Shown here piece by piece: positions 49,386 to 58,776 of a DNA stretch of 64,000 bases. The translations under genes were made by a program, and so were the position numbers. Below the pieces are notes generated by a model. It was not told the origin of the DNA, ran no database searches, and saw only the letters and a program-made list of their open reading frames with translations. Each line of letters begins with the position of its first letter. Positions within the stretch are counted from its first letter, which is position 1. Source of the DNA: a virus; IMG/VR virus record IMGVR_UViG_3300010399_000004, positions 1-64,000 of that record, one strand, 5' to 3'.

Positions 49386-49658
49386 TTATGGCCCAACTAT
49401 ACAGTCCCCCGGTTCGGTTTTGGCGAGAGCTTCCTCGAAGGTTCCAGCTTTTGCCTTGAGATTCCACCCCGGCCGGTTGCTTGTCGGAATCAGGTGTTCT
49501 TCCCAAATTTGATAAATTGGCGAGTCTTGAAATTGTATATTGGCCTGAATTGAATAACAAAGCAGGCTTGAGCCAGGAGATTCCATCGCGGTTCCGGAAC
49601 GCGATAGGTAGCCAATACTTACATCTGAGAGGGTTTTGAGTGACGGAAGAGCGTTCAT
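49386..49658 (-). CDS. Moron-like gene driven by cassette copy 6
   Basis: Reverse ORF with its own promoter cassette directly upstream. Confidence 0.65.
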   Translation of the reverse strand: MNALPSLKTLSDVSIGYLSRSGTAMESPGSSLLCYSIQANIQFQDSPIYQIWEEHLIPTSNRPGWNLKAKAGTFEEALAKTEPGDCIVGP

Positions 49659-49670
49659 TATTACTTTTAG

Positions 49671-49733
49671 TTTGGATTACGGGAACAGAATACCAGAAAT
49701 AGTTCTTTTGTAAAGTGAAATCTGAAACTTTTC
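49671..49733 (-). promoter_or_regulatory. Repeated promoter cassette, copy 6
   Basis: Reverse complement reads ATTTCACTTTACA, 16 nt, TATTCT, then GTAATCCAAA. Confidence 0.8.
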
Positions 49734-49801
49734 GTCAAATTTTCGCAGATTGACTCCCGGAAGGGAACGTGTATGCTCTCGTTACACACATTCAGAACAT
49801 C

Positions 49802-50188
49802 ATGATTCGCTGCAAATATAAAGGGAAGGAACCGCAAAATCTGGCCGTCGGCCCCGTCGTTAAGGGGTCCATTATTATGCTTCATGAGGAAGAAGCATTT
49901 ACTCTGCGGGAGGATGCGCAGTGGGAATTGATGCCAGAAGCTTTTCCTCCCGGAGTTCCTGAGAATCTGCGGCCGATTCGTGGGAAGCATTTCGATTTGA
50001 CTTCCCTTCCCTGGAAGAACAAAAGGTTATTCAATGCGGTCAAAACTTTGGGCCGTTCTGTTCTTGTAAAGGGGTTGGCACAGATGGAAGCTTTGGGGTT
50101 GCCGGTCCCTCCAATCAGTAATACCAACGATACCGCAGATTTGCGGGAAACGTTTCTTGAGTTGGGGAGGAAAGCTGCCTGGATTTGA
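49802..50188 (+). CDS. Hypothetical head-region protein
   Basis: Follows TTGACT (49750), 16 nt, TATGCT. N-terminus resembles that of 44198..44785. Confidence 0.6.
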   Translation: MIRCKYKGKEPQNLAVGPVVKGSIIMLHEEEAFTLREDAQWELMPEAFPPGVPENLRPIRGKHFDLTSLPWKNKRLFNAVKTLGRSVLVKGLAQMEALGLPVPPISNTNDTADLRETFLELGRKAAWI

Positions 50189-50213
50189 AAACTTTTCAAA
50201 ATAAATAACTAAA

Positions 50214-50408
50214 ATGAACGTAAACAAAGCAACCGCGGAGCGGGCTATTGAATTCCTCCCTTCCGAAGATCAGGCAGAATTTCGCAAGAGGCTTCAACGC
50301 TGCAATACTCCGCTTTCTTTGGAGGAGTTACATAAGGACGTGCTCCGCCGTCTCAAGCAAAGCGGAACGCAGCAACACAAAGGCTCCCGCCCTTCTGCGG
50401 TGAAGTAA
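50214..50408 (+). CDS. Hypothetical protein
   Basis: Short ORF between a palindrome copy and the adaptor gene. Confidence 0.5.
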   Translation: MNVNKATAERAIEFLPSEDQAEFRKRLQRCNTPLSLEELHKDVLRRLKQSGTQQHKGSRPSAVK

Positions 50409-51101
50409 ATGGCTACAACCTTATTTTATCCTTACACGTCTTTGGCTGCGGTGCAGCAGGAGACAAAGAACCGGGACTCTGATAAAGAGGACTGGTTTAA
50501 GGAATGCATCAATAATGCTTCACGCATTATTGAAGAGGAGTTGCGCCGGGATTTTCGATTTCACGATCATACCTCTTCTGCCCTTACTGTAAAATCATCG
50601 TGGTTTGCCGGACAGGAAATATTTCTCCCCTGGCCAATCTTAACTTTGACGGAGGTTAAAATCAATGAAGATGATGCTCTATCTTCGGACGATTATATTT
50701 ATGAAAATGGAGCGTTGAATAAAGGAAATGCCGTTATTCGGAGGCGGGGGGCAGGCTGGGGCAGCGATGCTGATGTAATAATTATCGGTGGAAGTTTATT
50801 TGATTCCGAGGAGTATGGTTCTCTTGATAGACCAACGAAAGCCTATCCCGATAGAACACTTACCAAGGTTTATTTGAAAGGAACCTTTGGCTATGCGTTG
50901 GTTAGTTCAAGCACAGCAGTTACTCCTGTGGATATCCCAGAGAAAGTAAAACGAGCCGCTACGCTAACCGCTGCCGCAATTTCAGGTTACATGAGAAAGG
51001 AAATCATGGGAATGGATGGGGAGCGTCAAAGCCTTATGGATACCCGTATTCCTCCCGCGGCATGGGCCTTGATAAAAAATCTAAAGGTTACAGTTTTGTG
51101 A
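50409..51101 (+). CDS. Head-tail adaptor
   Basis: YTSLAAV...INNASRIIEE...LPWPI...FGY...IPEKVKRA; position fits. Confidence 0.75.
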   Translation: MATTLFYPYTSLAAVQQETKNRDSDKEDWFKECINNASRIIEEELRRDFRFHDHTSSALTVKSSWFAGQEIFLPWPILTLTEVKINEDDALSSDDYIYENGALNKGNAVIRRRGAGWGSDADVIIIGGSLFDSEEYGSLDRPTKAYPDRTLTKVYLKGTFGYALVSSSTAVTPVDIPEKVKRAATLTAAAISGYMRKEIMGMDGERQSLMDTRIPPAAWALIKNLKVTVL

Positions 51102-51583
51102 ATATCAGTGTAAAGGTGTCTGCGGGGAAACTTTTAGGCAAGATTGCCAGATTACGAGATACTCTGCAAACAACTACACAAAAAACGGTATTGGAAAAGG
51201 AAGCCAAGCTTTCCTTGCGCAGATTGAAATATGCCACTCCCGTTCGATGGACTGGGAAGACCCGCAAGGCGTGGAGAATAGAACATGCTTCTCGTGCCCG
51301 CAGTTATGGGTTTCGGATTATAAACGATACCAAGGAAATGCTGTTTCTTGAAAAAGGAACAAAAGCGCATGGACCAAAGCGGGCCAAGTTTCTCTATATA
51401 CCGCTTAATCGCCGGGCGGCCCGAGGCTGGTCCCCTTCCCTGAAAATAGGCAGAGACTACATTCTCAAGAAATGGGTTCGCGGAATTCGTGCTATGCATA
51501 TCGTAGAGAAAGAGCGTAAAAAGACCAAAGCGAGGTTGAAGGATTCCATGAGGGAGTATATTAGCTTTGTAATCAAATCCTGA
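51098..51583 (+). CDS. HK97 gp10-like neck/tail completion protein
   Basis: TPVRWTGKTRKAW...FLEKGTKAH. Confidence 0.7.
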   Translation: MNISVKVSAGKLLGKIARLRDTLQTTTQKTVLEKEAKLSLRRLKYATPVRWTGKTRKAWRIEHASRARSYGFRIINDTKEMLFLEKGTKAHGPKRAKFLYIPLNRRAARGWSPSLKIGRDYILKKWVRGIRAMHIVEKERKKTKARLKDSMREYISFVIKS

Positions 51584-51593
51584 TTAAACGCTG

Positions 51594-52127
51594 ATGCCTG
51601 CTACTCTATCAGATATTCCATTTTCGATCCGCCCACTTTGGGTTATCGACAAGCGGCTTACTTTCCATACAGGAACTAGCCGAATGTTGGATGGATTGAC
51701 TTTCAAAAGAGAAGGAAATTTTGAAGCGAAAGGTAAACAGGATTTGCCTTATGTGCAATGGTATGGATTGGAGGACGAGGAAGATTGGACCGCGGGGGCA
51801 GGCACCCCTGTTAAAAGCGAAAGGAAGCTGCTGCTGGAAATATGTGCTTTTCGGGCCTATGGAATGTTTCGCAGGGACCCTACTGCCGCACTGGCCGACT
51901 CTGATACGATGGGGGGAGGTAAGGGGGTTCTGGAGTGGGTGGAGCTTGTCCGGGATGCCATCGAAACCAAGACTACGGGAGAAACTGATCCGCTATTGGA
52001 TGGAACACAAAGTCGCCCCATATTAACAGCTATAAGAGAACAAACTCCTTCCGATCTGGGATGGTCATTTCTATTGGAAGTAACCGTAACCATTGATTCC
52101 ATGTGCCGGGGGATGCGATCCTTATAG
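51594..52127 (+). CDS. Probable tail terminator
   Basis: Position and size; DLPYVQW motif. Confidence 0.5.
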   Translation: MPATLSDIPFSIRPLWVIDKRLTFHTGTSRMLDGLTFKREGNFEAKGKQDLPYVQWYGLEDEEDWTAGAGTPVKSERKLLLEICAFRAYGMFRRDPTAALADSDTMGGGKGVLEWVELVRDAIETKTTGETDPLLDGTQSRPILTAIREQTPSDLGWSFLLEVTVTIDSMCRGMRSL

Positions 52128-52128
52128 C

Positions 52129-52581
52129 TTAGTCTATCCAGTCAAATACGACTAGGTCGCAATAAAGTTCTCCATCGTCTCTATGAAAATGAGTAGAATC
52201 TCTTCCCCTTGTATCCACATATTTGTAGGGGGCGTAATCTTTTTGAGTTTTTGCAGTTTTACTAAACTGAGATAGAAAATCTGCCTTCCTTGGATCGTTT
52301 CTACGGTAGTTGATTAAGCGTCCAACTTCTTTCTGTTTGTGAAATGTAATTTCGGGTGGACCGTAAGCTTCGGTCATATCCTTCATCCATTTTCGGAAAT
52401 AGAATAGTTTTAAGATATCCCTGCTTAGCTCACTTCGTAAATCTGGTTTTGCTCCGGAAAAGGTTCCCAGAGAGTAACCGAATGGAACGCTGAGTCGCAT
52501 TAACCACGTAAGGCATGTTCCCGTGTTTCGGGTTTCAGTGCTTGGGATGATTTGGTTTGTGAGTTGGATTTGATTTTTCAT
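52129..52581 (-). CDS. Moron-like gene driven by cassette copy 7
   Basis: Reverse ORF with its own promoter cassette. Confidence 0.7.
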   Translation of the reverse strand: MKNQIQLTNQIIPSTETRNTGTCLTWLMRLSVPFGYSLGTFSGAKPDLRSELSRDILKLFYFRKWMKDMTEAYGPPEITFHKQKEVGRLINYRRNDPRKADFLSQFSKTAKTQKDYAPYKYVDTRGRDSTHFHRDDGELYCDLVVFDWID

Positions 52582-52590
52582 AAGTAGATG

Positions 52591-52643
52591 GATTTGGATT
52601 ACGACTCAAGAATACCCCATCTAGATGTTTTGTAAAGTGAAAT
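52591..52643 (-). promoter_or_regulatory. Repeated promoter cassette, copy 7
   Basis: Reverse complement matches 10917-10969 at 52 of 53 nt. Confidence 0.85.
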
Positions 52644-52788
52644 TTTTAGGGCAAAAATTTTTCAGCTTCCCGGCTCAAAGTCGGGTTTGAAAAGTTTTCA
52701 AATCTGACAAAATCTCGGAAGAAACGCGTTGACGCCCCCTTCTTTAGTGGCACAATCTACCTTAATCACTTTAATCCTTTTCATTATT

Positions 52789-53136
52789 ATGGCCTGCGGC
52801 ACTATTGTTGGATCAGCACTCCAGTTTGGGGTATCTGTTGACGAAGCTTCTCTCGTTACGCAAAGCGTTCGGGCCACTCGAAAAAATGACAAAAAGGAAG
52901 CCCGCGATAAATGCGGCATCGTGGTGTCTGTAGCATACTACAACCCTACGGCAGACATTGAAATCGAGGGATTGGGAACGTCGGCAGCGGAAGTGGGGGC
53001 TGCTTTAGCCCTGAGCGGTGCATTTGGGCTTGGAAGTGGAAAAATCTGCATTGATGAAATTTCTGTGGAAAAAGGAAATGAGGAATTTACCAAGTCCAGT
53101 ATCAAAGCTACGCAATATGGCGGCATTGCTGCATAA
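52789..53136 (+). CDS. Probable major tail tube protein (minimal, 115 aa)
   Basis: Beta-rich protein positioned before the chaperones and tape measure. Confidence 0.55.
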   Translation: MACGTIVGSALQFGVSVDEASLVTQSVRATRKNDKKEARDKCGIVVSVAYYNPTADIEIEGLGTSAAEVGAALALSGAFGLGSGKICIDEISVEKGNEEFTKSSIKATQYGGIAA

Positions 53137-53221
53137 TTGAAAACTTTTCAAACTCTGTGCCGTCGCATTCTTTGTGGTGCGACAGACGCCTGGCTCTCTT
53201 ATATGTGTCCGGGTAATTCAA

Positions 53222-53698
53222 ATGAACAGACAATCTACTACAACGAATCCGCAGCCCCTTCCTGATACCTACGGCGATACGCTGGAGCCAGGAACCGAGG
53301 TTATATTCGTGGGAGATAAAAGACTGGCGGCTGCGCTTATCGCTGTTGGGGTTCATCTTCGGAAGGACCCTCCATATGTTCAGGTAATACGTCCGGACGG
53401 TTCCACGCAGACGATATTTCATTTTCTACCATTGGATTCGGACGGAGTTCTTAACACAACGGAGCTTATCAAAGCGTGGGGGCAGGACCTTGATTTTATC
53501 CAAGCCAACCCCCTTCACCCCTTTACCTTTGCAATGTGTGCTCTGCGCAATTACCAGAGTATATTGGAGCATTTGCAAAACGATGTTCCCTGGGTCCAAT
53601 TTGAAGGTATGAAGGATGGAAAGAAAGTGAACCTTCTCGTTAAGAAGGGGAGCAGGAAAGAGGAAGCCGCCCGCAAACGTGGGTTGCGCCAATTTTGA
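53222..53698 (+). CDS. Hypothetical tail-region protein
   Basis: ORF flanked by palindrome copies at 53136 and 53694. Confidence 0.55.
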   Translation: MNRQSTTTNPQPLPDTYGDTLEPGTEVIFVGDKRLAAALIAVGVHLRKDPPYVQVIRPDGSTQTIFHFLPLDSDGVLNTTELIKAWGQDLDFIQANPLHPFTFAMCALRNYQSILEHLQNDVPWVQFEGMKDGKKVNLLVKKGSRKEEAARKRGLRQF

Positions 53699-53725
53699 AA
53701 ACTTTTCAAATATACACCTATACCT

Positions 53726-54229
53726 ATGAGTAAATCTACCATAAAAAAACTTTCCCCCGCTGAAAGTGAATTGAACGAAATAGTTGCTGGGTCGGCTTAT
53801 CCTGAGCAGTCCGAACAAAGCATTCACGACTCCCGAGTTGAGGATGCCATGTTGCCGGGGTTTGAGGATACGTTAAGTATGGCAGGAATTGATTTGGAGC
53901 ATATGAGCTTGACCACTATGACCTGGTTGCGCCGGGCCGGGTCTTGTTTTGTTACAGGTGTCAATACTTCGGAGGAAGGAGTAATTGTGCGGGATACCGG
54001 GATGTTCCTCTTGGCACATAATAAAAGAATTCCATTTAAGGACCGCTCCCGCCTTTTCCGAAAAGCGGGGGATGAATTGGAAGATGCTATTGATGAGCTT
54101 TTGCACCGTGTTCGCATCAGCGATGCCTCCCCGCTGTTTAAGGCTTTGGCTGAATATGTAAGAACCGAAACAGCTACTCTGGCTACCCCAGAAAAAGAAG
54201 ATGGGGATAATGAAATGGGAAACGGATAG
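53726..54229 (+). CDS. Tail assembly chaperone (G-like)
   Basis: Upstream of the tape measure; ends ATG GGA AAC GGA TAG containing slippery heptamer G GGA AAC. Confidence 0.75.
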   Translation: MSKSTIKKLSPAESELNEIVAGSAYPEQSEQSIHDSRVEDAMLPGFEDTLSMAGIDLEHMSLTTMTWLRRAGSCFVTGVNTSEEGVIVRDTGMFLLAHNKRIPFKDRSRLFRKAGDELEDAIDELLHRVRISDASPLFKALAEYVRTETATLATPEKEDGDNEMGNG

Positions 54230-54417
54230 GACCTCCCTTCCTGACCTGGATTTCATCCATTGTGGCGGGGGAGGCCAGAGTATCCATCGAAGAAGCTATG
54301 AGTATGCGCCTCCTTCTTGTATTCTCTTATCATCATTGCTGGATGGCTAAACAGGGGATAAAATGTAAGTTGTCGCGAGGTTCGGAATCCCTTGAAGAGT
54401 TCATGTTTTTGAAGTAA
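54217..54417 (+). CDS. -1 frameshift extension of the tail chaperone (T-like segment)
   Basis: The -1 frame is open from GGGAAAC (54217-54223) to TAA at 54417: GKRIGPPFLTWISS...MRLLLVFSYHHCW...FLK. Confidence 0.78.
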   Translation, partial: GKRIGPPFLTWISSIVAGEARVSIEEAMSMRLLLVFSYHHCWMAKQGIKCKLSRGSESLEEFMFLK

Positions 54418-54430
54418 TAAACTTACACAA

Positions 54431-56305
54431 ATGGCCGACAGCATACTCATATCCGTTCTTGGCGATATTACCGATGTTCGGAGAAAGTTTGCTCTGCTTC
54501 ATCGGGACATAGCTGGATTGGGGGATGGGATATCTGAGAGGTTGAAATCTTCTTTTACGGGGGTAGGGGTAGCGGTTACGGCTATCGCTACGGGGGTTGC
54601 TGGAATAGTGGGCAGCGTTCTTCTAATCAAGCGGGGGCTCTCCGAAGCCGCGCAGGCAGAAACCCTTACGGCGCAGTTTGAAACGCTTCTGGGAAGCGCG
54701 GAGGCGGCAAAGAAACGCTTTGCTGACTTAGTTCAGTTTTCCCAGCAGACTCCCTTCAATCTTATTCAGGTTGCCGAGGGAAATCGGACATTGGAAACTC
54801 TTACTAGGGGGGCGTTGTCAGGCAAGCAGGGAATGCAGTTGGTAGCGGATGCCGCTACTATAACAGGAGAGCCTTTTCAGCGTTTAGCTTTGCATATCGG
54901 CCGCGTTTACGACGGTTTGATGAATGGTCGCCCAGTTGGGGCATCTATTCGACGTTTGCAGGTTCTTGGTATTGTTTCTTCGGAGACTAGAAATAAGATC
55001 GAAGATTTACAGAAAGCCGGCAAATCGGGTAATGTCGTATGGCAGGTAGCTGCAAAAGAGATAGGAAAATTTTCCGGTAATACAGAACGACAATTCCATA
55101 CCTGGTCGGGGCAAGCAGAAGCTTTAGGAGAAAATATATCTGCTTTGTTCCGGGCATTCGGGGAACCGATTATGAATGTGCTCAAGCCCATTCTTGGTGA
55201 CGCTGTAAAGACTACGGATGGGTTGGTGCCTGCCGCTAAGGCTGCGGGGGAAGCTGTGGCTGTAGCGATAGGACGTTTGATGCAGGCTGGGAAAATGATG
55301 ATTGATCTTTTCCGGTCCGGGGATTTGGCCGGTGTGGCATTTACTGCTCTGTCTTTGGGATTCAAGAAAGCGATTAATGTTCTTGTAAATGGTTTAGCTC
55401 TCGCGGTTGATTTATTCAAAGCGCATGTTGTAGGAGTATTTAATACATTCTCTGATCCGGAAGCCTGGATGGCTATGTGGGAAATATTCCGCGGGGCCGG
55501 AGCAATATTGGTAGGGGCGGGGGCTACATTAATAGCGGGATTGATAGAAGGGGGCCGACTGTTTGTTGATCCTGTTGTTACTGCTTTTGTATTTGTAGGA
55601 AACAAGCTCATCGCCTCCTTTGAAATAGCGGTAGCTACTTTGAAAGCGGGTATGCTGGGGGCAGCTAAAGAGTTTTTGGAATTCATCAATGACGCTCCTT
55701 TGATTGGGGGAAATGATGAAACTATTGAGAGTCTTGATAATGGATTGCAGACGGCTCTCTTTGATTTAGATAAAGCCTTTAATAAGATAACGGAATCGTG
55801 GGGGGATACCATGAATGGTGTAACTAAAACTATAGACAGTTCGATTCCAAAATTGAAAACATTCGGCAACGATGTTTTTGATATGGGAAAAGATGATCTA
55901 AACGAAGGTTATAATAACCTCGGAAAGATTAATGGAAATGCTTATTTGAAAAGCATGGCCGATGCTATTAATTCCCATAAAAAGGTAACCTTGTTTGATG
56001 AGAGTCGGGAGAAAAACATTCTGTCTGAACGGCTTGGTAAATTTTTTGGTGATATAGATACAAGCTCCAAAGGATTGCCTGGAGTAAAAAAAGGAAATGC
56101 TCTTGGAGATGAAATAGATGATATGGTTTCAGGGATGTTTGAAGCCGTTGGGGATTCTATTACTTCTGTTGGCGGAGGCGGAGGAATCTTCGGTGGAAGC
56201 AATATCGCTGCGGATCAACTGACTGTGCAGCGCAGTATGGATACTCGTCTTGCATCAATTCAGGGCATGCTTGAGAAACAACAACCTTTAACCGTTCGCG
56301 TCTAA
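54431..56305 (+). CDS. Tape measure protein
   Basis: FETLLGSAEAAK...FSQQTPFNL tape-measure domain; Ala/Gly-rich helical body. Confidence 0.9.
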   Translation: MADSILISVLGDITDVRRKFALLHRDIAGLGDGISERLKSSFTGVGVAVTAIATGVAGIVGSVLLIKRGLSEAAQAETLTAQFETLLGSAEAAKKRFADLVQFSQQTPFNLIQVAEGNRTLETLTRGALSGKQGMQLVADAATITGEPFQRLALHIGRVYDGLMNGRPVGASIRRLQVLGIVSSETRNKIEDLQKAGKSGNVVWQVAAKEIGKFSGNTERQFHTWSGQAEALGENISALFRAFGEPIMNVLKPILGDAVKTTDGLVPAAKAAGEAVAVAIGRLMQAGKMMIDLFRSGDLAGVAFTALSLGFKKAINVLVNGLALAVDLFKAHVVGVFNTFSDPEAWMAMWEIFRGAGAILVGAGATLIAGLIEGGRLFVDPVVTAFVFVGNKLIASFEIAVATLKAGMLGAAKEFLEFINDAPLIGGNDETIESLDNGLQTALFDLDKAFNKITESWGDTMNGVTKTIDSSIPKLKTFGNDVFDMGKDDLNEGYNNLGKINGNAYLKSMADAINSHKKVTLFDESREKNILSERLGKFFGDIDTSSKGLPGVKKGNALGDEIDDMVSGMFEAVGDSITSVGGGGGIFGGSNIAADQLTVQRSMDTRLASIQGMLEKQQPLTVRV

Positions 56306-57096
56306 TGTCTGTCTTATATATAACGGTTGGCAATCAGCTTACTACGCTTATTGAAGGTCCGGATTCTTCTTTGGACCTGGATGAGAATGGAAAAGTGACC
56401 GCTATCGTAAATTACAAAACAAAACGTCAGATGGCACTTATAGTTGCTTTGCGTTCTGCCCGGCATCCGGATTATCCCATGCTGGTGCGCAAAACTATCA
56501 ATATACAATTTGAGCCTCCTGATTGGGCTAACGTATCGGTGAAATTTGAGGGGGCTGTTACGTCCAGCGCAGAGACAGAGCCTGGGGTAAAAAAAACCTA
56601 TTCAATATCAGGAACCACTGGCAATGAGCCTATCGAAACGCATGAACAATTTCCCACCTTCGGAGGAAAACCACCTACAGGTAAAAAAGGCACAAACGAT
56701 AAAGGAGCTACATTTGATGATGCCGGAAAGTTCACTGGATTTGCGGTTCAGGATATAGATAATGATTTAGATTATTACGGCACTGATCCAAATTTGAATC
56801 TGGCGGGGGTTCGATCTTATTTAGCTCCCGGAGTTATATATACAGAAACAGCAACATATAACGGAGCGGGGAGAGCAGATGCTCCCTCTAATCTGGATAA
56901 TTTAGGAAAGATAGATACGCCGCCCAGCAGTCCCCTTCTCCCTTCTTTATCTGGCCCTGCAAACTGGTTACTAGTTTCCTTTGAAGCGGGGGATGTGGGG
57001 GATGGTGTGCAGGTAAGACGTTCCTGGAGAGCTTCCGGCCCTCGGGGATGGAATGCATTAATTTATGCCCCTGGGCTTGGTATTCCTACTCCGTAA
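56305..57096 (+). CDS. Tail tip protein
   Basis: Directly follows the tape measure; EPIETHEQF...GWNALIY. Confidence 0.6.
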   Translation: MSVLYITVGNQLTTLIEGPDSSLDLDENGKVTAIVNYKTKRQMALIVALRSARHPDYPMLVRKTINIQFEPPDWANVSVKFEGAVTSSAETEPGVKKTYSISGTTGNEPIETHEQFPTFGGKPPTGKKGTNDKGATFDDAGKFTGFAVQDIDNDLDYYGTDPNLNLAGVRSYLAPGVIYTETATYNGAGRADAPSNLDNLGKIDTPPSSPLLPSLSGPANWLLVSFEAGDVGDGVQVRRSWRASGPRGWNALIYAPGLGIPTP

Positions 57097-57102
57097 TTCT
57101 TT

Positions 57103-58731
57103 ATGCCTGCCCCCCGCATACAAATCAATCACGATGGGCTGCAAAAAGCATTCAATGCTTTAGCGGATTATTTGGATTCTAAAGAAAAAGGAGGGGGAAG
57201 TATATCGCTTACCGGAGATGATGTAATTGAAGGTCTGCCTGGTAAATTTTCTATTGCTTCACAAGCTAAAGATTCTGAACTTGGAGGCATATGGCAGCTT
57301 AGGAGAAATAAAGACAAACTCTATATTTCTCCTGGATATGTGCATGTCTATACGTCGGGGGGTTCAAAACTTGCGGCGGTTTATCCACCTGATCTTGAAA
57401 ACGTATCTGTATTTAACTCAATCCGCCCCTTCTGGAATCTTCCTTTAGCCGAGGAAGAAACATATAAAGTGTATTTGGTAGTTGCTCCGGAAGAGGATGA
57501 CGGGAATCCTACGGAGGAGACAGGAACCGTTACGGGGGCTGATCCCAACACAGGTGCGGGTCCATCCAGTTCAGCTACCGCGGCATGGCTGGAGCTTATG
57601 CTATCTTCTGTTTCTACGGAAGATGTATTTCCGGAAGATGCCAAGGTTATTCTGCTTCATAAGTTTTCTACGAATGCGGAGGGGTATCCAATTTTTTCTG
57701 ATTCAACCCAAAAACTGTTTTCAGAGCCAGTCATTGTGCCTGATGTGATACGCTGGTGTCATATTACACAAGCGAGCGTGGACACAGTCACAGAGGAGGA
57801 AGGAAGCGGAACGACGGGGACTGTAAATATAGCGGAGGGGTGTGTTATGGTAGGTGATGCGGGGGCAGTAGATGAAACAGACCCAGTCCCTTCTAAAGTC
57901 TTAACGAGATTAATTGTAGATGATGTTTTTTTGCCCGCGGAGCTGGAAGATGCGGAAGTTGTTCACGAAGATAAAATCTATGTTAAGTTAACCTATACAG
58001 TAAATGAATATGGCGATACTTCGACAGTTCGACTTTTGGAATGCACCAGTGCAGAATACTTAATTACTAGTTCTGCGCCGGAAGACGATGATACCGCGTC
58101 TCACATTCTAATAGGGGAGATTTCTATTGTGGATGGAGTAATGACAATTGAGCATCATTGGCCGGGTGTTATTACTGCGCCAACGTTAACCCTGCCTGTC
58201 GAGGGCACGGATGATGCAGCGATTTCTCAATCTTGTTATTGGGCAGCGGAGATTATTGCCCCAGGAGCTATTAGCATAGGAAGAGGTCTTTTGATCTATT
58301 GGGAATACTATTGGGTTACAGAAACACTTTCTTCTGTAACTCAGGGTTTGATAACGTCTTTCGCAGAAACCGGAGGCACTCCAAGTGCATCTGATATTCA
58401 GGTAGGAGTGGCAGTAGACCCTATAGCAGATGGAGATTTTGTATGGCTGTCGGTGCCCGTAGGCTGGGCGTCTCGACAGGTTCTTACCAGTGAATATACC
58501 GCGGCTGAACCAAATCACCATCATGAATACTACGAAGATTACAGTCGGATAAATTTAAGCGGTGATGCTCCTTTTCTTGATTTTGGGGATGAATTACCTG
58601 CTCCCGTTGAGGGTGGGGATACCATATACCCGATAGGGCAATATGTTAATTCTACTACTTGGGTTCAATTTCATATAGGTGCTCTTATTATTCCGTCGTT
58701 CGCTACGAATAATAGCACACCCAATGAGTAG
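57103..58731 (+). CDS. Tail tip/structural protein with about three repeated beta domains
   Basis: Recurring pattern: ISPGYV..VYL, IAEGCV..IYV..LIGE, IGRGLL..VWL..PIGQ; acidic. Confidence 0.55.
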   Translation: MPAPRIQINHDGLQKAFNALADYLDSKEKGGGSISLTGDDVIEGLPGKFSIASQAKDSELGGIWQLRRNKDKLYISPGYVHVYTSGGSKLAAVYPPDLENVSVFNSIRPFWNLPLAEEETYKVYLVVAPEEDDGNPTEETGTVTGADPNTGAGPSSSATAAWLELMLSSVSTEDVFPEDAKVILLHKFSTNAEGYPIFSDSTQKLFSEPVIVPDVIRWCHITQASVDTVTEEEGSGTTGTVNIAEGCVMVGDAGAVDETDPVPSKVLTRLIVDDVFLPAELEDAEVVHEDKIYVKLTYTVNEYGDTSTVRLLECTSAEYLITSSAPEDDDTASHILIGEISIVDGVMTIEHHWPGVITAPTLTLPVEGTDDAAISQSCYWAAEIIAPGAISIGRGLLIYWEYYWVTETLSSVTQGLITSFAETGGTPSASDIQVGVAVDPIADGDFVWLSVPVGWASRQVLTSEYTAAEPNHHHEYYEDYSRINLSGDAPFLDFGDELPAPVEGGDTIYPIGQYVNSTTWVQFHIGALIIPSFATNNSTPNE

Positions 58732-58776
58732 AAGGCGGCGCAACGATGCAAACTTGACCCCTTGGTAGAGCGTATA

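Noticed and set aside
54378-54392. GGTTCGGAATCCC, resembling a tRNA T-arm
   Set aside because: No cloverleaf around it, and it lies within the frameshifted chaperone frame. I found no tRNA gene in the window.
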